Positions 1 to 13,786 are shown, counted from the first letter of the stretch. The stretch is 64,000 nt of DNA from the human T2T-CHM13v2.0 reference genome, Homo sapiens (GCF_009914755.1 NC_060927.1), one strand, 5' to 3'. Notes: generated by a model not told the origin, from the sequence alone. Numbers and translations: made by a program.

Positions 1-29
1 TTCTTAGAGCCATTTATTAGAATGTGAAT

Positions 30-840
30 GCTTTATGACAACTTTATTGATGTATAATTTATATACCCTAAAGTTCACCCCTTTTTAGTGTAAAATTTAG
101 CAATTTGGGATAAACTTAGAGTTGTGCAAGCATCACCACAATCCAATTTGAGAATGTTCCTATCAACCAGTAAGATCCCCCATATGCCCATTAGCAATCA
201 ATCCACCTCTTGTGTCTCCTCCACAGGTTTACAGCCTGGGTTAGCCAGAGATGTGTGGATAGCCTAGGCCTTCTCTGGTCTCTCCCTACATCTGCTCAGA
301 AGGCAGCTGGGGTGTGTGGACAACTTTGGGGTCAAGCCCCTTTGGGGTTGTCTCATTTCCAGCATATCCCTACTAAATTTCTAGCTTATCTGCCATTCTG
401 ATGCTTTCCCCAACCAGGACTGCAACCTCAGGTTAATGAATCACTGGCCTTCCCTATTCACTTGTCCCTAAGGTCACTGTGTCACCAGACAACATGGCTG
501 GGAGTAGGTTTCTCACCCTCTGCCAAACCTGGAGTCAGTTTCTTCCAGCAATCAAACTTCAGGTCTGTTCAGTCTGCCTCATGCTGCCAGAACCTTTGTA
601 CTGACTGAGCTGGGGTGGGGAGAGAAACAGCCCTGGATGAGAAGCCATAGACTCCCACTATTTTTGCAGAAATAGAGCGATTTTTCATGGAAAAAAAAAT
701 GCTTCTCAGTTTGTTGTTTGCCTTTGGTCATTTTCTAGATTTCTGAAATGGCTGTTGTTGACAATGTCATCTAGTTTTATCACTGTTTCCAAGGAAGATG
801 ATTTGCTGACTTGCTCATTCTACCCTATTGGAAGTCTGGA
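30..840 (-). mobile_element. Old L1 (L1M-type) fragments
   Basis: 30-210 resembles an antisense L1MB/ME 3' end (aactttattgatgtataattt...catcaccacaatccaattt). 210-840 resembles an antisense old L1 5' region. Confidence 0.55.
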
Positions 841-1206
841 AGTCTGGGTTTGATGAGAAACAGTTCTCCTTTGTTCAGCTTCTCAGTGTTCCAGCAGCTT
901 TGATCCTTGGACTTCAGGGGACATTTTCCTATAAGTGATGATGCCTCCAGAGGAAAAGCCAGGGCCCAATGCCACCTTGCCAGAACTGTCAATCAGGAAG
1001 TAGCCAGACATCTCTCAGCATACACAGTTGGACTTGGTTCTTCAGAGGCAACTTCATGGGCAAGATAAGCCCAACTGGACAAGAGAAACAGCAATGAAAA
1101 ATATGTATTAAGTATCCACAGGGTAAATAAAACTTCCTCCTGTGGATTAAAAGCTGAGACCTAAGCCCTTCCTCAGCCCAAGAAAATCTAAAGTTGAAGA
1201 CTTTCA

Positions 1207-1640
<434 letters not shown>

Positions 1641-1692
1641 TTAATGCTCCTCTTAAACCCAGAGAGAAAATTCATTTTATTAAAATATCAAG

Positions 1693-1950
1693 AAGGCAAT
1701 ATAGCAGAATAGCTTGATGTGCAGCATCTGGAGCCAAATTCTCGCAGATCGAATTCTTTCCCCACCAACCCTTACCCCTTTTACATGCTGTATGACCTTG
1801 GGCAATTTTCATAAGCTCCTTTACCTCACCTGCCCTACTTATACAATGAGGAAGAGGATTACAATACCTGTCTCAGAAAATTGGTACATGTGAAAGGCCT
1901 TATAATCATACCTAACCTATACTATGAGCTCAGTAGATGTCAGTTTTTAT
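1693..1950 (+). mobile_element. MIR
   Basis: MIR core gctgtatgaccttgggcaa...tacaatgagg...acaatacct. Confidence 0.65.
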
Positions 1951-2764
1951 TAATATTTTTAAACATCATTGTTTTGGGGTTCCCTATTGGCCAGGAACTT
2001 TTCTTACTAGCACTAGGGTAGAGCAAGGGAGTGAAAGCAGCAGATTGAGAGTAGTGTTTCTTCTTCCAGATGTAGAATTGTGCCCTATAAAATAATCACA
2101 GATCTACTCAGAATGACTCAGTGGCCACTATGCTTCCCAAATACATGTCCGGGAACTCCTCAGGCCCATCCTACCTCCACCTCCTGAGCTATCGTGCCCC
2201 CACTGTGCTGGACCGCAGGCCTACTGACAAAGCACCACTCTCCCCCAGCTGGGCATCCAAGAATCAGAGGGCCCTTCACCTGGATTCTTCTAGTGCTTCC
2301 CTTCACCTCTTGTAGCCAGGTTCTTGTAAGCCTGTACTGCCCAGGCCAGCCTACTAGCTCAACTGACTCCAGGCAATGGCCAACATTCCCTAAAGTGACA
2401 CTTTGGAGCCCCATAAACTTGCCAAGACTGCTTGGATTTGCCTTTCTGGTCATCTGAACCAACCGACCACCAGTTTGATAAAGACAAACTCAGTGAATAT
2501 CATATTCTAGGTATAGGTCAAAATTACAATTATTCCAGAATTTGACTTCAGTTCTTGCTAGGGCTGCATAAGGCTCTACAGAGTATTTTAAATGATTCTC
2601 AATATCTTAAAAAGAAAGATGGGCCAACCCCATTTGGAGAACTCAGTATACATTCCCACTGTCATGCTATATAACACAAACTCAGATATACACCATATGG
2701 GGTTAAATGATAAAATCAAGGTTAAGACAAACAAACCAAAAGAAAAGAAAAGAAAGCACTAAGA

Positions 2765-3000
2765 ACGCATAGTTGTTTAAAGTGCCAGTGAACACAGATT
2801 ATCTAAGTTCAAGTAGCCATGTGAGCTTGAATAAGCTAATTAACCTCACTGTGCCTGCTCCTTCATCTGGAAAATAGGGATAATGATAGTATTTGCCTCA
2901 TGGGGTTGTTTTAAGAAATAAAAGATATAATGTGTGTAGCACACTTAGAACGATGCCTCACACATTATATTGATGCTTATAAAAGTTGACTAGTCTTCTA
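2765..3000 (+). mobile_element. MIR
   Basis: Core aacctcactgtgcct...tcatctggaaaatagggataatgatagta...gcacacttagaac. Confidence 0.75.
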
Positions 3001-3157
3001 CTCATTCTTATTATATTATTTACTAGTCAGATGAATCTACATTTCCTAACTGCTGGTCCATGGAACTCAAAGAGACCACAAAAACTTAGCACTAAATGGA
3101 CTCTTAAGATACAAACTCCAATTATTCTTAATTAATAAGGTAAATTATATGGTAAGT

Positions 3158-3340
3158 CAGTGTTTTCAATGCAATTTGTGTTTTCAGTGAAAAAAAGAGG
3201 AAAGAAGTGTACAAATATTTTGCTCCATTTGTTTAAAATGTTAATAAGAATTTAGTCTGTGCTTTCATAATTTTAATGGTCAGTAGAGGAGAATTTTCAT
3301 ATTTTACCGATGTACACTAAGCCGGCACTGGGAAACACTG
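3158..3340. mobile_element. Possible hAT-Charlie-type MITE relic
   Basis: Inverted termini cagtgttttc ... gggaaacactg. Confidence 0.3.
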
Positions 3341-3809
3341 CTAGGGGAATAAACACTAGGAAAGAGTCTATTACGCTCTTTTATTCCCATGTAAATTTAT
3401 AGGTTTAGTAGATTAGTGACTGTCCCAGGACACAGTCAGTATCAATAACAGCATTAAAATAATTAGAAAAAAGTTATTTACAACCGCACATTACATATAT
3501 TTGTAGCACATATAACAAAGGTATTTTATTCACAATGTCTTAAAACCTTAGTTATCAATTAGAAACTGATTAACAATTCAATTTACAAATGACAAAACAA
3601 AGTTAATAGACAAAGATGCTTAATCTCACTAACAATAAACACAATGTAAACTAGCATATATTCTTCTAACACATTGGGATAATTGTTGATACCCAGGATT
3701 AGTAACAGTTGGTGGCCGTGTGAACTGATGCAGTCAACAGCAAGAATGCTACAAGACCTGTCTTCCTCTCAGGTTCAAAGCTACCTGAAAAAGGGTGTGC
3801 CTCAAAGTT

Positions 3810-3890
3810 CCATCTGGTCCATGGGCTCATATCCCCTGGGTCATGGGCTCATATGCCCATCCGGTCCATGGACTCATATCCCCTAGGTCA
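3810..3890. repeat. Short imperfect direct repeat (2 x 34 bp plus partial unit)
   Basis: ccatctggtccatgggctcatatcccctgggtca (3810-3843) and ccatccggtccatggactcatatcccctaggtca (3857-3890); probably within an MLT1-like relic. Confidence 0.85.
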
Positions 3891-4902
3891 GATCCCCATC
3901 CCTAAACCAACCACTGTGGTTGCAGAATGCAGTCCCCTCGTTGGTTTATGCTGAGTCAGAGTTGGAGCTGCACCCAAAGAAGAAAAAATTGGGGAGTCTT
4001 CAGCATTTAAAGCCACAGAATTGGATCAAATCATCCAGGGAGAGAATTTAGAGAACAGAAGAGCCCCAGAACCAAGTCCTGAAAAACTATAATGTGGCTA
4101 CAGATTCTGGGTGTATCTTTCCACACTTTCTGTATGCATTCACATTTATATTTATGTACATATGTTTTGTTTTGTTTGTTAATATACAAGAGATTTGCTC
4201 ATGTGTATCTATAACATGTTTGTTTGTTTCACTTCCCAGTGTATCCCGGAGAAATTTCTTTGTCTGGTATTTCCAAGTTTGGAGCCTCCCTGGTTCATTT
4301 CTCAGAAGAATTAACTCTTGACTGAAGCCCGGAAGGAAGCAGAGATGGTCAGCTCTTTCAACACATGTGCTTTAGACCCTCACCTTCCTGGGTAACTGGT
4401 ACCATCATTTCTTAAGAACTTGATAGGGCTTTCTCTCTTTATGTTTTATCGTTCATTACCTTTTTCAGGATTTGCTTTCATATTTTGATCTCTTTGGAGC
4501 TGTATCTGTGCTATTGCTTCAGTGAAATTTGAGGAGGGTAGGTGTGTAAATCATACAATCATGTGTTTAAGTATACATGCATATAAATATATAAATCATA
4601 CCTATATATTTTTTTATATAATACTATTTTTTAAATTAATAAATGTATGTTCTAGAAGTTGGGCAAGAACTTTCTAAAATGTCTACATTTTCTTATTTTT
4701 AAAAGCTTTTGAACAAGCATTATTTTTACAAGGAAATATATATTTAAAAATTAATAAACAGATTTTTAAATTTTAAAATAAAATCCATGCTCACTGAAGA
4801 AATTATTGAAAATTCAAGAAGCAAAACAAATACATTAAAAAACACTTTCACAAAAATGTTGGCAAATCATATATCTAATAAGAAACTTGCATCTAAAATA
4901 TA

Positions 4903-5515
4903 TGTCAATCTGATATAATTGAAAGGATCAGAATTCAGTTTTGAAGAGTTTATTCAAGCAAAAAGCTGGGAATGGCCATGCAGAAGTCACAGACTCCAGA
5001 GAAATGGGGTTAATGTTCCCAACTTAAAAGTTAACTTCTTGCTTATATAGGCATGAAACAAAGAAATTTAACAAGATTATAGCATTTTCTATACAAAGCT
5101 GGTTTGTGAGTTACAACAATTTAATTAGTTATAGTCTGTTTTCTTTCTGCATGGTTTGTTTTGATCTTCTTTCCAATTTAAAAGAGTATATTTAACATTC
5201 CATCTTAATACAATGTGATAGCTATGAAGTCTTTGTGTGAGAAAGAGGGAAGTTAATTTATAATGAAGATCAACAGTGAAGAGAGAAGAGGCCTTCCCTG
5301 GCACCTTTCAGTTACTTACAATACTTTACAAAACAATGCAGGTAAGGAAGAAGGCTAATCTATAATCAGAGAAACAAAGTTTATAGCTTCCTAAGATATA
5401 GCTGCCAAGGTTATAGCTGCCTGTCATGTGACTCAGGCTTCATAATCACATTCCTTTCAGGCTTAAAATAATTTAGAGTTCCAATAGCTTAGATTTTGGA
5501 TTACTTATTTTCACA
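4903..5515 (-). mobile_element. ERV1 solo LTR (MER34/MER39-like)
   Basis: TG...CA termini, 4-bp TSD tata (4899-4902 / 5516-5519); reverse complement starts tgtgaaaataagtaatccaaaatctaagc. Confidence 0.8.
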
Positions 5516-6109
5516 TATATAAAGAACTATTACTACTCAATAACAAAAAGACAACCCAATTTAAAAAATGGGTAAAAGATCTGAATAGATATTTCTTCAA
5601 ATAAGATATAGCCAATAAGCAAATGAAAAGACACTTAACATCATTAGTCACTAAGGAAATGTAAATAAAGCCCTGTAAATACAAGCTAACCCTTGTGTAT
5701 TAATAAACAAAATAAAACATATGCACATAAATATCAGTACAATGAGACACTCCTCCAGACTCACTAGGATGGCTATGCTCAAAGGTCAGATAATAACAAG
5801 TGTTGGTGAGAATGCAGAGAAGTGGGAACCCTCGTACACTGATGATGAGAATGTGAAATGGTGCAGCCACTTTGGAAAACAGCCTAGCAGTTCCTCAGAC
5901 AGTTACCATAAGACCCAGTAATTTTATTTTAGGTATATATCCAAGAGAAATAAAAACATATGTCCATACAACAACATGAATACATGAATGTTTATAACAG
6001 CATTATTCAAAATAACCAAAAGGTAGAAACACCCAAATGTCCATAAAGTGATAAATTAATAAATAAAATGTGGTATATCTGTTTAATAGAATGTTATTTG
6101 GCAATAAGA

Positions 6110-7182
6110 TGACATGATTTGGCCACAACTTCATGGATATAATACAAAAAGCATAGACAACAAAAGAAAAAACTATGAATTGGTCTTCATCAAAATTAAG
6201 AACTTTAGTGCATCAAAGGAAGTGAAAAGACAATTTACAGAATGGGAGAAAATATTTGCAAATAATAGATCCGATAAGAGATTTCTATCCAGAATATACA
6301 AGGAACTCCTAAAACTCATTTCTCCAAATGACCAATAAGCACATTAAAAGATGCTCAACATCATTAGTCATAAAGTAAAAGCAAATCAAAACCACAATAA
6401 GATACTACTTCACATCTACTAGGATGGCTATAATTTTTTTAAATACAGAAAGTAACAAATATTGACAGGAATGTGAAGAAACTAGAACCCTTGTACTTTG
6501 CTGGTGGGAATATAAAAGTGTGGTCACTGTAGACAACAGTTTGGTGGTGATGGTTTTTATATTTTATTGTATCTATTGTAGAGATGAGGTTTTACTGTAT
6601 TGCCCAGGCTGGTTTTTCAAGAGAGTAAATATAGACCTACCATATGACTCAGCGATTCCACTCCTAGGGAACTGAAAATAACTCAGTAAAATAGCAGAGA
6701 CTCAGATATTTGTATACTGATGTTCATAGCAGCATTATTCATAATAGCCAAAAGGTGGAACCAACCCAAATATCCATCAACAGATAATAAACTGCCAAAA
6801 TGTGGTATATACATACAATGGACTATACATTCAGCTATATGGTACATACATACAATGGACTATTATTCAGCTATAAAGAGGAATGAAATGTTGACATATG
6901 CTACAACATGGAGGGACCTTGAAAACACTATGCTTAGTTAAATAAACCAAACACAGAAAAACAAATACTATATGAATCAACTTATATGGCTGGAGGGTAG
7001 GGGAAGAGAGACTTATAAAATGGCTACAGAGTTTTTGGGGAGGACAAGAAAAAAGTTTTGAGTATAGATAGCAGTAACAGTCATAAAACATTGTGAATGT
7101 ATTTAATGCTACTGAATTGTACACTTACAAATGGTTAAAAATGATAAACATTAGGTTATTTATATTTTACTACAATAAAAAA
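6110..7182 (+). mobile_element. Nested L1 (L1MA/MB-type) 3' portion
   Basis: ORF2 C-terminal remnant (FIKIKNF...EWEKIFAN), 3' UTR and A tail; holds a short antisense Alu fragment ~6555-6618. Confidence 0.8.
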
Positions 7183-7771
7183 GAAGTGAAGTGCTGATGC
7201 ATGCAACAACATGGATGAACCTTGAAAACACAAGAAGTGAAAGAGGCCAGATACAAAAGGCCACATATTATATCATCTCATTTATAAGAAATTCCAGAAT
7301 AGGCAAATCTATAAAGACAAAAAACAGATTAGTGGTTGCTTACGGCTTGGAGAAGAAGGACTGAGGGTTGACACCTAAGGCATATGCAGTTTTTTATGGG
7401 GTGATGAAAATGTTCTAAAATTGATTGTGATGATGGTTGAATAGCTGTGTACTTACACTAAAGACATTTAATTTTACAATTGACATGGGTCAATGGTACA
7501 GTATGTGAATTATGTCTCAAAAAGTTGTTATAAATACAAAAAAAGAAATCATTCAAAATTAAGAAAATTAGACCAAAAATAGAAGGAGGAGGAAGGGGAA
7601 GAGGATCTAAAGGGAGAGGAGAGACAGAAGGCAAAGGAGAAAGAATAGAAATTTTTTGAGTCAGCAAACACAAAATTGTAATTTGCTTGTGAAATAATTG
7701 TCTATATAAAGTGGACTCTTCAGACAAATGTTGCTGAATTCAAGGTTAGCACACCAAAATCAATAGCAGTC

Positions 7772-7885
7772 TGTAGCAGGCTGAATAATGTCTCCAAAAA
7801 GATACTAGGTCCTAATCCTTGGAACCAAATTAATGTTACCTTGTTTAGATAACATGACTTTGCAGACATGATTAAGTTAAGGAAG
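7772..7885 (+). mobile_element. MLT1 LTR 5' fragment
   Basis: tgtagcaggctgaataatg...gactttgcagacatgattaagttaagga. Confidence 0.7.
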
Positions 7886-8028
7886 TTTAGAAGCAGCCTA
7901 AGATATAAGAGGAGAATGTCCCATTAATGCTAAGGGATATGAGTGAAGCAGTAGAGTATGTCTTCCCTTTCAGAGGCTACAGAGAATCCACATATGATTA
8001 AGACCACAGGATCTGTCCATTAGGAGAC

Positions 8029-8401
8029 TGTATTAGTCTGCTTGAACTTCCATAACAAAATGCCATTGGCTGGGTGGCTTAAACAACAGAAATTTATTTT
8101 CCCACCACTCTGGAAGCTGAAAATCTAAAATCAGGGTGCCAGCATGGTCAAGTTCTAGTGAGGGCCCTCTTCCCAGCTTCACAGGAAGACAGCCATCTTT
8201 TTGCTGTGTCCACACATGGTGGAGGGAGTAAGCTGTCTAGTTTCTCTTCTTATATGGGCACTAATATCATCATGAGTGCCTCCTCCTCATGACCTCACGT
8301 AAATTTAATTGTTTCCTAGCCCCATCTTTAAATGTCATCACATTTGAGATTAGGCCTTCAATATATGAATTTGGGAGAGGGGAGAAATTCAGTCCACAGC
8401 A
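8029..8401 (-). mobile_element. MLT1A-like MaLR solo LTR inserted in an L2 relic
   Basis: tgtattagtc...ggtggcttaaacaacagaaatttattt...ccacagca; 5-bp TSD gagac/gagat. Confidence 0.88.
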
Positions 8402-8876
8402 GAGATTGTTAATGACCGTTGAGACAGAAACTTCAGAAGAGTAGGAGGAGCAGAAACAGACGGTAATGATAGGGAATGGGTGGCAGTAGCCACCTATATT
8501 TTTAGCACTTTGTGCCTGGAATATAGTAAAACCTTAATAGATATTAGTTAAATGACTGACCGCTTAGTAGGATTCTCTGAACTTTCACCTGCACCCTTCC
8601 TAACTTGGTTGTTACACCTTATCTTGAGTTTCTTCCGCATTCTGCATCCTGCTTCCAAAATCCCTCTGGACTAACTTTGTTTTAAATTTCATAGTTGTTC
8701 TAAAGGAAGCACTTGAGGATCATGCCCCCAGTGGAGAGCAGCCAGCCCTGGTCTCTGAAGCTGGGTGTCACATGAGGAAGACCAAGTCTGAAGAATACTA
8801 TACTAAAAATCTATAGATCATAAATGTGATCATGGATCACAGATCTCAAGTTCCAGAATGCTTTGGAAGGATATTT

Positions 8877-9243
8877 CAGGGATACGAACTCAAAATATTT
8901 TCAGGAGCTGGGGAAATAAAGTAACTGAGTGGACCCAGCTGCATGTAAAGCAATGAGGAGTGTTGATGACTGTGTTAAACTGGGTGTTCCCCAGGTCTAA
9001 ATGGGGCAGTGAAATGCTGATGCATGCAACTACTCAGTTCCAGCTAACTGTTGCCACAAAGGATCACTGTCCCAGGTTTTCTTATTTCCCAAGAGAAGAC
9101 ATAATCTCAAATTATTATGGAAAACTGCCCAATTGTTAGTGTTACCAATTAGTTCAAATTAGTTGTGGGAGTTCAACAGAGGACACTTGCCCTGAGACAG
9201 TTGAGCCAAATAAGACTCGCAAGTTGCTTGTGGTGGTTCCTGC
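8877..9243 (+). mobile_element. MER102-like hAT-Charlie element
   Basis: caggg..aactcaaa, caatgaggagtgttgatgactgtg, ctactcagttccagctaactgttgcca and caagagaag match the recalled MER102 consensus. Confidence 0.7.
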
Positions 9244-10248
9244 CTTAGATTTTACAAGAAGTTAATTGAAGATAAGTAAAGTTCTACTGCTACAAAATAA
9301 GTAGTAAAATGAGGAACCTCATTAACCCGTAGGACACAATTAGGGGTGAGAATAAAAATAAGCTTCCCATAAAGTTTCACTAAATTCATGCAAGGCATAA
9401 CCAAAATTAGAATTGTCGAGGTTATTCAGAGATGTAAGACACATCCCTAAGTGCTGAAGAAGGTCACACAGGCTATTGACAACACAGCCTTTCATGGCCC
9501 CATCAGAACAAACCTTGATGAGGAATGGACAAGAGAATGACAGTATCACCAGTCAACTCAGATCCAGGCTCTCACTGGGAGTGGGAAGGTGAGGGGTGGG
9601 GTGTGATGGGTAAGGGGAGTCAGGAAAAAGAGAATGGGTTCTGTTTCCTTGGCCTCGCAAAGCTTCAGTTTCCTCATTTATACAGCAAGGGGGCTGGGCC
9701 TGAGATGCTCTCTCAAGTCCCTTCCATGCTGCAGCTTGCACTCAAGCATGGTCTGGTTTTGTTTCTGTTCCCCTACTGTGACACAGTGCTGTTTTCTAAC
9801 CAGCAGGAGCATGCAACACCTCTTGGACTCGATGAAAGCTGTCGCCACAGGTTTCAACCAGTCAGTACTCTGAAAGAGCATCTTGGGGGAAAAAAAGCGT
9901 GTCAGACATTCATCTTCATAACCAGAAAGTGAAGTCTCGCAAAGGAAAAAGACAAGACTAAAGGGAATAAACCATCGTTGTGTGGGCTTTTTCTTCCACT
10001 CAGCATCTCTTCCCTTATTAAAATGAGAGGGATAACTTAAGAAAAAAATTCGTGCTCTGGAGGATTAAATTGCACTCATTTATTCATTCATTCTACAAAT
10101 ATTTCTCGAATGCCTACACACTCCAGCCCCGTTCTAGGCTTGGGGGCCACCACAGTAGAAAGACTGGCATGCTGACATTCTTCCAGGACAAGACAGACAT
10201 CAAATAGCTAAGCAGAAAGACCAAATTCAGACTATAAAGATTTTTTTA

Positions 10249-10544
<296 letters not shown>

Positions 10545-10919
10545 TAGGTTTCTATAAAATAAGCTATGAAGGAAAGTCACAGGGTGCTGTGATAAGAAAT
10601 AACCTGAGGAGGTCTGCAGATAGCCTCCATGAAAACGATATTTAAGCTGGAAAGTGGAGAAGGAGCAAGCAGGTCATAGAACTGCTCAGGGAAGGGCTGG
10701 AAATAGGAAGTGCAAAGTCTTGAGTCACAGAGAGCTTGGCAAGTTCTAGAAAGGGTCAGAAGGCCTGTTGGCTAGAGCCTGTTGACAAGGGAACGAGTGG
10801 ACTGGCCTGAGATGGCTGAAGAGGCAGCCAGGACTCGCGTGGCCATCGTAAGGAGTTTGGATTGTATTCCATGGGCAATGAAATTCCAAGAGCTGCTGAA
10901 AGGGGTTTAAGAAGGGGAC

Positions 10920-11202
10920 AGCCAGGTGCAGTGGCTACGCCTATAATCCTAACACCTAGGGAGACCTAGGCAGAAGGTTCACTGGAGGCCAGCCTGGGCA
11001 ATGTAGCAAGACCACTTCTTTACAAAAGATTTAAAAATTAGCCAGGTTTGGTGCTGCATGCCTATAGTCCCAGCTACTCAGACGGCTGCAGTGGGAGGAT
11101 CATTTGAGCCCAAGAAGTCAAGGCTTCAGTGAGCTATGATCATGCCACTGCACTTCAGCCTGAGCAGCAGAGCAAAACCCTGTCTCAGAAAAAAAAAAAA
11201 AA
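10920..11202 (+). mobile_element. AluJ
   Basis: Diverged dimer with J-type gaggatcatttgagccc...gcagtgagctatgat and poly(A). Confidence 0.93.
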
Positions 11203-11699
11203 GTTTTTGTTTTTAAAAAGGAACTCCTGGCTTCTTAATGGTGTCATCAGGATTTCAACCCAGACAATCTGGCTCTGTGCTCTGTGTCCCATGCATACCT
11301 CCTCAAGTTATTCTTTATCACAGACAGTATCAGATTTTTCCAAAGATCCCCTGGCTTCTGTGTGGAGATTAGATTGCAGGGAGGCAGGAAGACTCCTTCC
11401 TGAGTAGGAAGCAGACACAGTTGTCCAGGCCAGAGATGATGGATATGGAGAGAAGCAAATGGGCTCAGGAGCCATCTGAGAGACCATACTGATGGATTGG
11501 ATGTACATGGTACAGGAAGAGCAGAAATCAAGGATGACCCTTAGATTTTTGACCTGAGACGCAGACATTTGTAGGTACCATTTACTGAGATGAAGAAGGC
11601 TGGAGAAGGAGTGGATTCAAAGAAGAAAAAATGGTTACTCCAGGAAGTAAATGACTGGGCTTGGGAACCACTGCCCTAGAGGAAGCTCCTGCACACAAT

Positions 11700-12280
11700 G
11701 TCCCATGTCACAGTGCTGGCCATGTCACTGCTCTGCCCAAAACACATCCATCACTTTTCAATGCCACTGAGACAAAATACTGAGCATGGAGTTTAAAGTG
11801 CTTTAAACTGGGCCCTTCTCGAGTCTCCAGCCTCCTCTCCTTCTACTTCCTACACACATTCTACCCTCTTTCTATTATTATCATTAATCTTATGTCATTC
11901 CACATTATTTGCATTTCCTTGAATATGCCTTTCTCTCCTTACAACTTTTAGCCTTTCAACACATTGTCCTTCCCTAGAACATCCTTCCCTTCTCATCCAT
12001 TTGCTGAATTCAATTCAACTCCACTCAAAGCTGATACTCCTTCTTAGAGGCCTTTCTGGATTCCTCCAGGCCGAGTTGGGTGTGTTTTCTAACAGAGGTA
12101 GCATGATGCTAATTTACAGCACAGAGTCAGATTGTCTGGGTTCAAACCCTGACCACATGACTAAGCCTCCAGGAGTTCCTCAAGATTAGAGACAATAGCT
12201 GAATCAACTTTGTACCACCCCAAAGGGCCCAGGACTGTGTTTGGCACATAGTAAGTACTCAGAGTTGAGAATGAATGAAT
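11700..12280 (+). mobile_element. L2 / MIR relics
   Basis: catgtcactgctctgcccaaaac; gattgtctgggttcaaaccc; ggcacatagtaagtactca...gaatgaatgaat. Confidence 0.5.
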
Positions 12281-13483
12281 ATGTGCCTGAAAGTTGCTTG
12301 GTGATGATTCTGTACAGAGGCATAAAAGATTTTCTTCACTGTTCATGCTAGGCTTAGAATCCCCAAACCAAGTTCTCAAATCCTCCCCTAAACTGAAAGT
12401 ATCCTCCCTGGAGATATACATCAGACATTGCTGAATATCTCAAATGAGAAGCAATTACACTTATTTCCCTCCAGTGCTTTCCCTTCTTTAGAAGAATTTC
12501 CCTCTTATGAGCCTGGCATCTACCTTGTCTTGCCTTCCTGGATGCCTCATCCATGCACAAGCTGAGCTCCCTGAGGTGTTAATAGCTGGGCCGGCCGGCT
12601 CCCTGGGTCCTTCAGCTCTGTCTCCAGTTCCCAGTAACAATGGCATCAGCCTGCGATCTCGGAGCCATAATGACTTCTAACCCACATGTATGTTCTCCAG
12701 GTTTCTTCCTTATTCAGCCATCTAAAAGGTCTCACTTTAGTCTGGAGATTCATGCCGCATACTAGGAGGCAGAGGGGAAAGAAAAATTTGCAGTCCAAAG
12801 ACCTGAGTTCAAACTAGCCAGCAGATCTTGAGCAATTGCTCTGAATCAAATCTCCAAAATGGGCATAAGAAAGGTTCCTGCCCTGCAGGGGCATTCTGTG
12901 TATGGGAAGGTATGTTAAAACGACTTTGAAAACTAAACATTTTCATGTCAAAAGATGAAATTTGGCATCCTGAGAAGGTATTTAGTGATGCTCCCATTCA
13001 TTCTCTCAATATTGTAAGTACTTTATCAACTAGATAAAGTTGATTAAAATCAATTGTCTGGCATGGCGTGTGTGTGCTCTGTGCCATGGCACACAGTAGA
13101 GAAGAGCAGGGCTGGATTCATACTCAGGTCTTTGGGTCTAAGTCCACCTGTTTTTCCATTCTGCTGGACAGCTGGTTTCCAGGTCAGCAGGAAGCAAGCA
13201 TTCCTGCTCAGGAGGGCAGGCCATAGTGTATGGTGACTTCCTCTGCATATTCCTCTACTCTTGGTCTCCCAAACCCTAGTTTCCCCCCTTTTCTTCAGGG
13301 CTTTGGTGCTCCTCAAGACCACAAATCCATCTGTTAAGATGGGGGCGGTCTTTTCTTCTTCCTGAAGGCTTTGGCCCCTGGGCCGAGGCAAGCCCGTATT
13401 CATTGCTTCATAACAGTTATTTATACCTCTTCATGGGATTCTCATCCATGCACCACCCATTCAAAATTTCCTGATTAGAGACC

Positions 13484-13786
13484 AGCCAGTAGCAGTGGTT
13501 CACACGTGTAATCCCAGCACTTTGAAGGCCAAGGCAGGAAGACCACTTCGGGTCAGGAGTTTGAGATAAGCCTAAGCAGCATAGCAAGACCCTGTCTCTA
13601 CAAAAATAAAAATAAAAATTAGCCAGGCATGGTGGTGTGTGCCTGGCATGGTGGTGTAGTCCCAGCTACTCAGGAAACTGAAGCAGGAAAATCTCCTGAG
13701 CCCAGGGGTTGGAGGTTCCATTGAACTATGATCATATCACCGAACTCCAGCCTGGGCAACAGGGTGAGACCCCGTTTCTAAAAAAC
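13484..13786 (+). mobile_element. AluJ with a small internal duplication
   Basis: Alu dimer; ggcatggtggtgt occurs at 13626-13638 and 13645-13657. Confidence 0.93.

Larger units (their letters stand above)
4845..7540 (+). mobile_element. Old L1 (L1MB/MC-type) ORF2 end and 3' UTR, interrupted by an LTR and a nested L1
   Basis: gcaaatcatatatctaataag...aaaatatat|aaagaact joins across the LTR; the L1 resumes at ~7183 (gaagtgctgatgcatgcaacaacatggatgaacc). Confidence 0.8.

Noticed and set aside
9525-9932. 135-aa ORF
   Set aside because: Crosses a G-rich tract and a MIR-like relic; no homology recognised.
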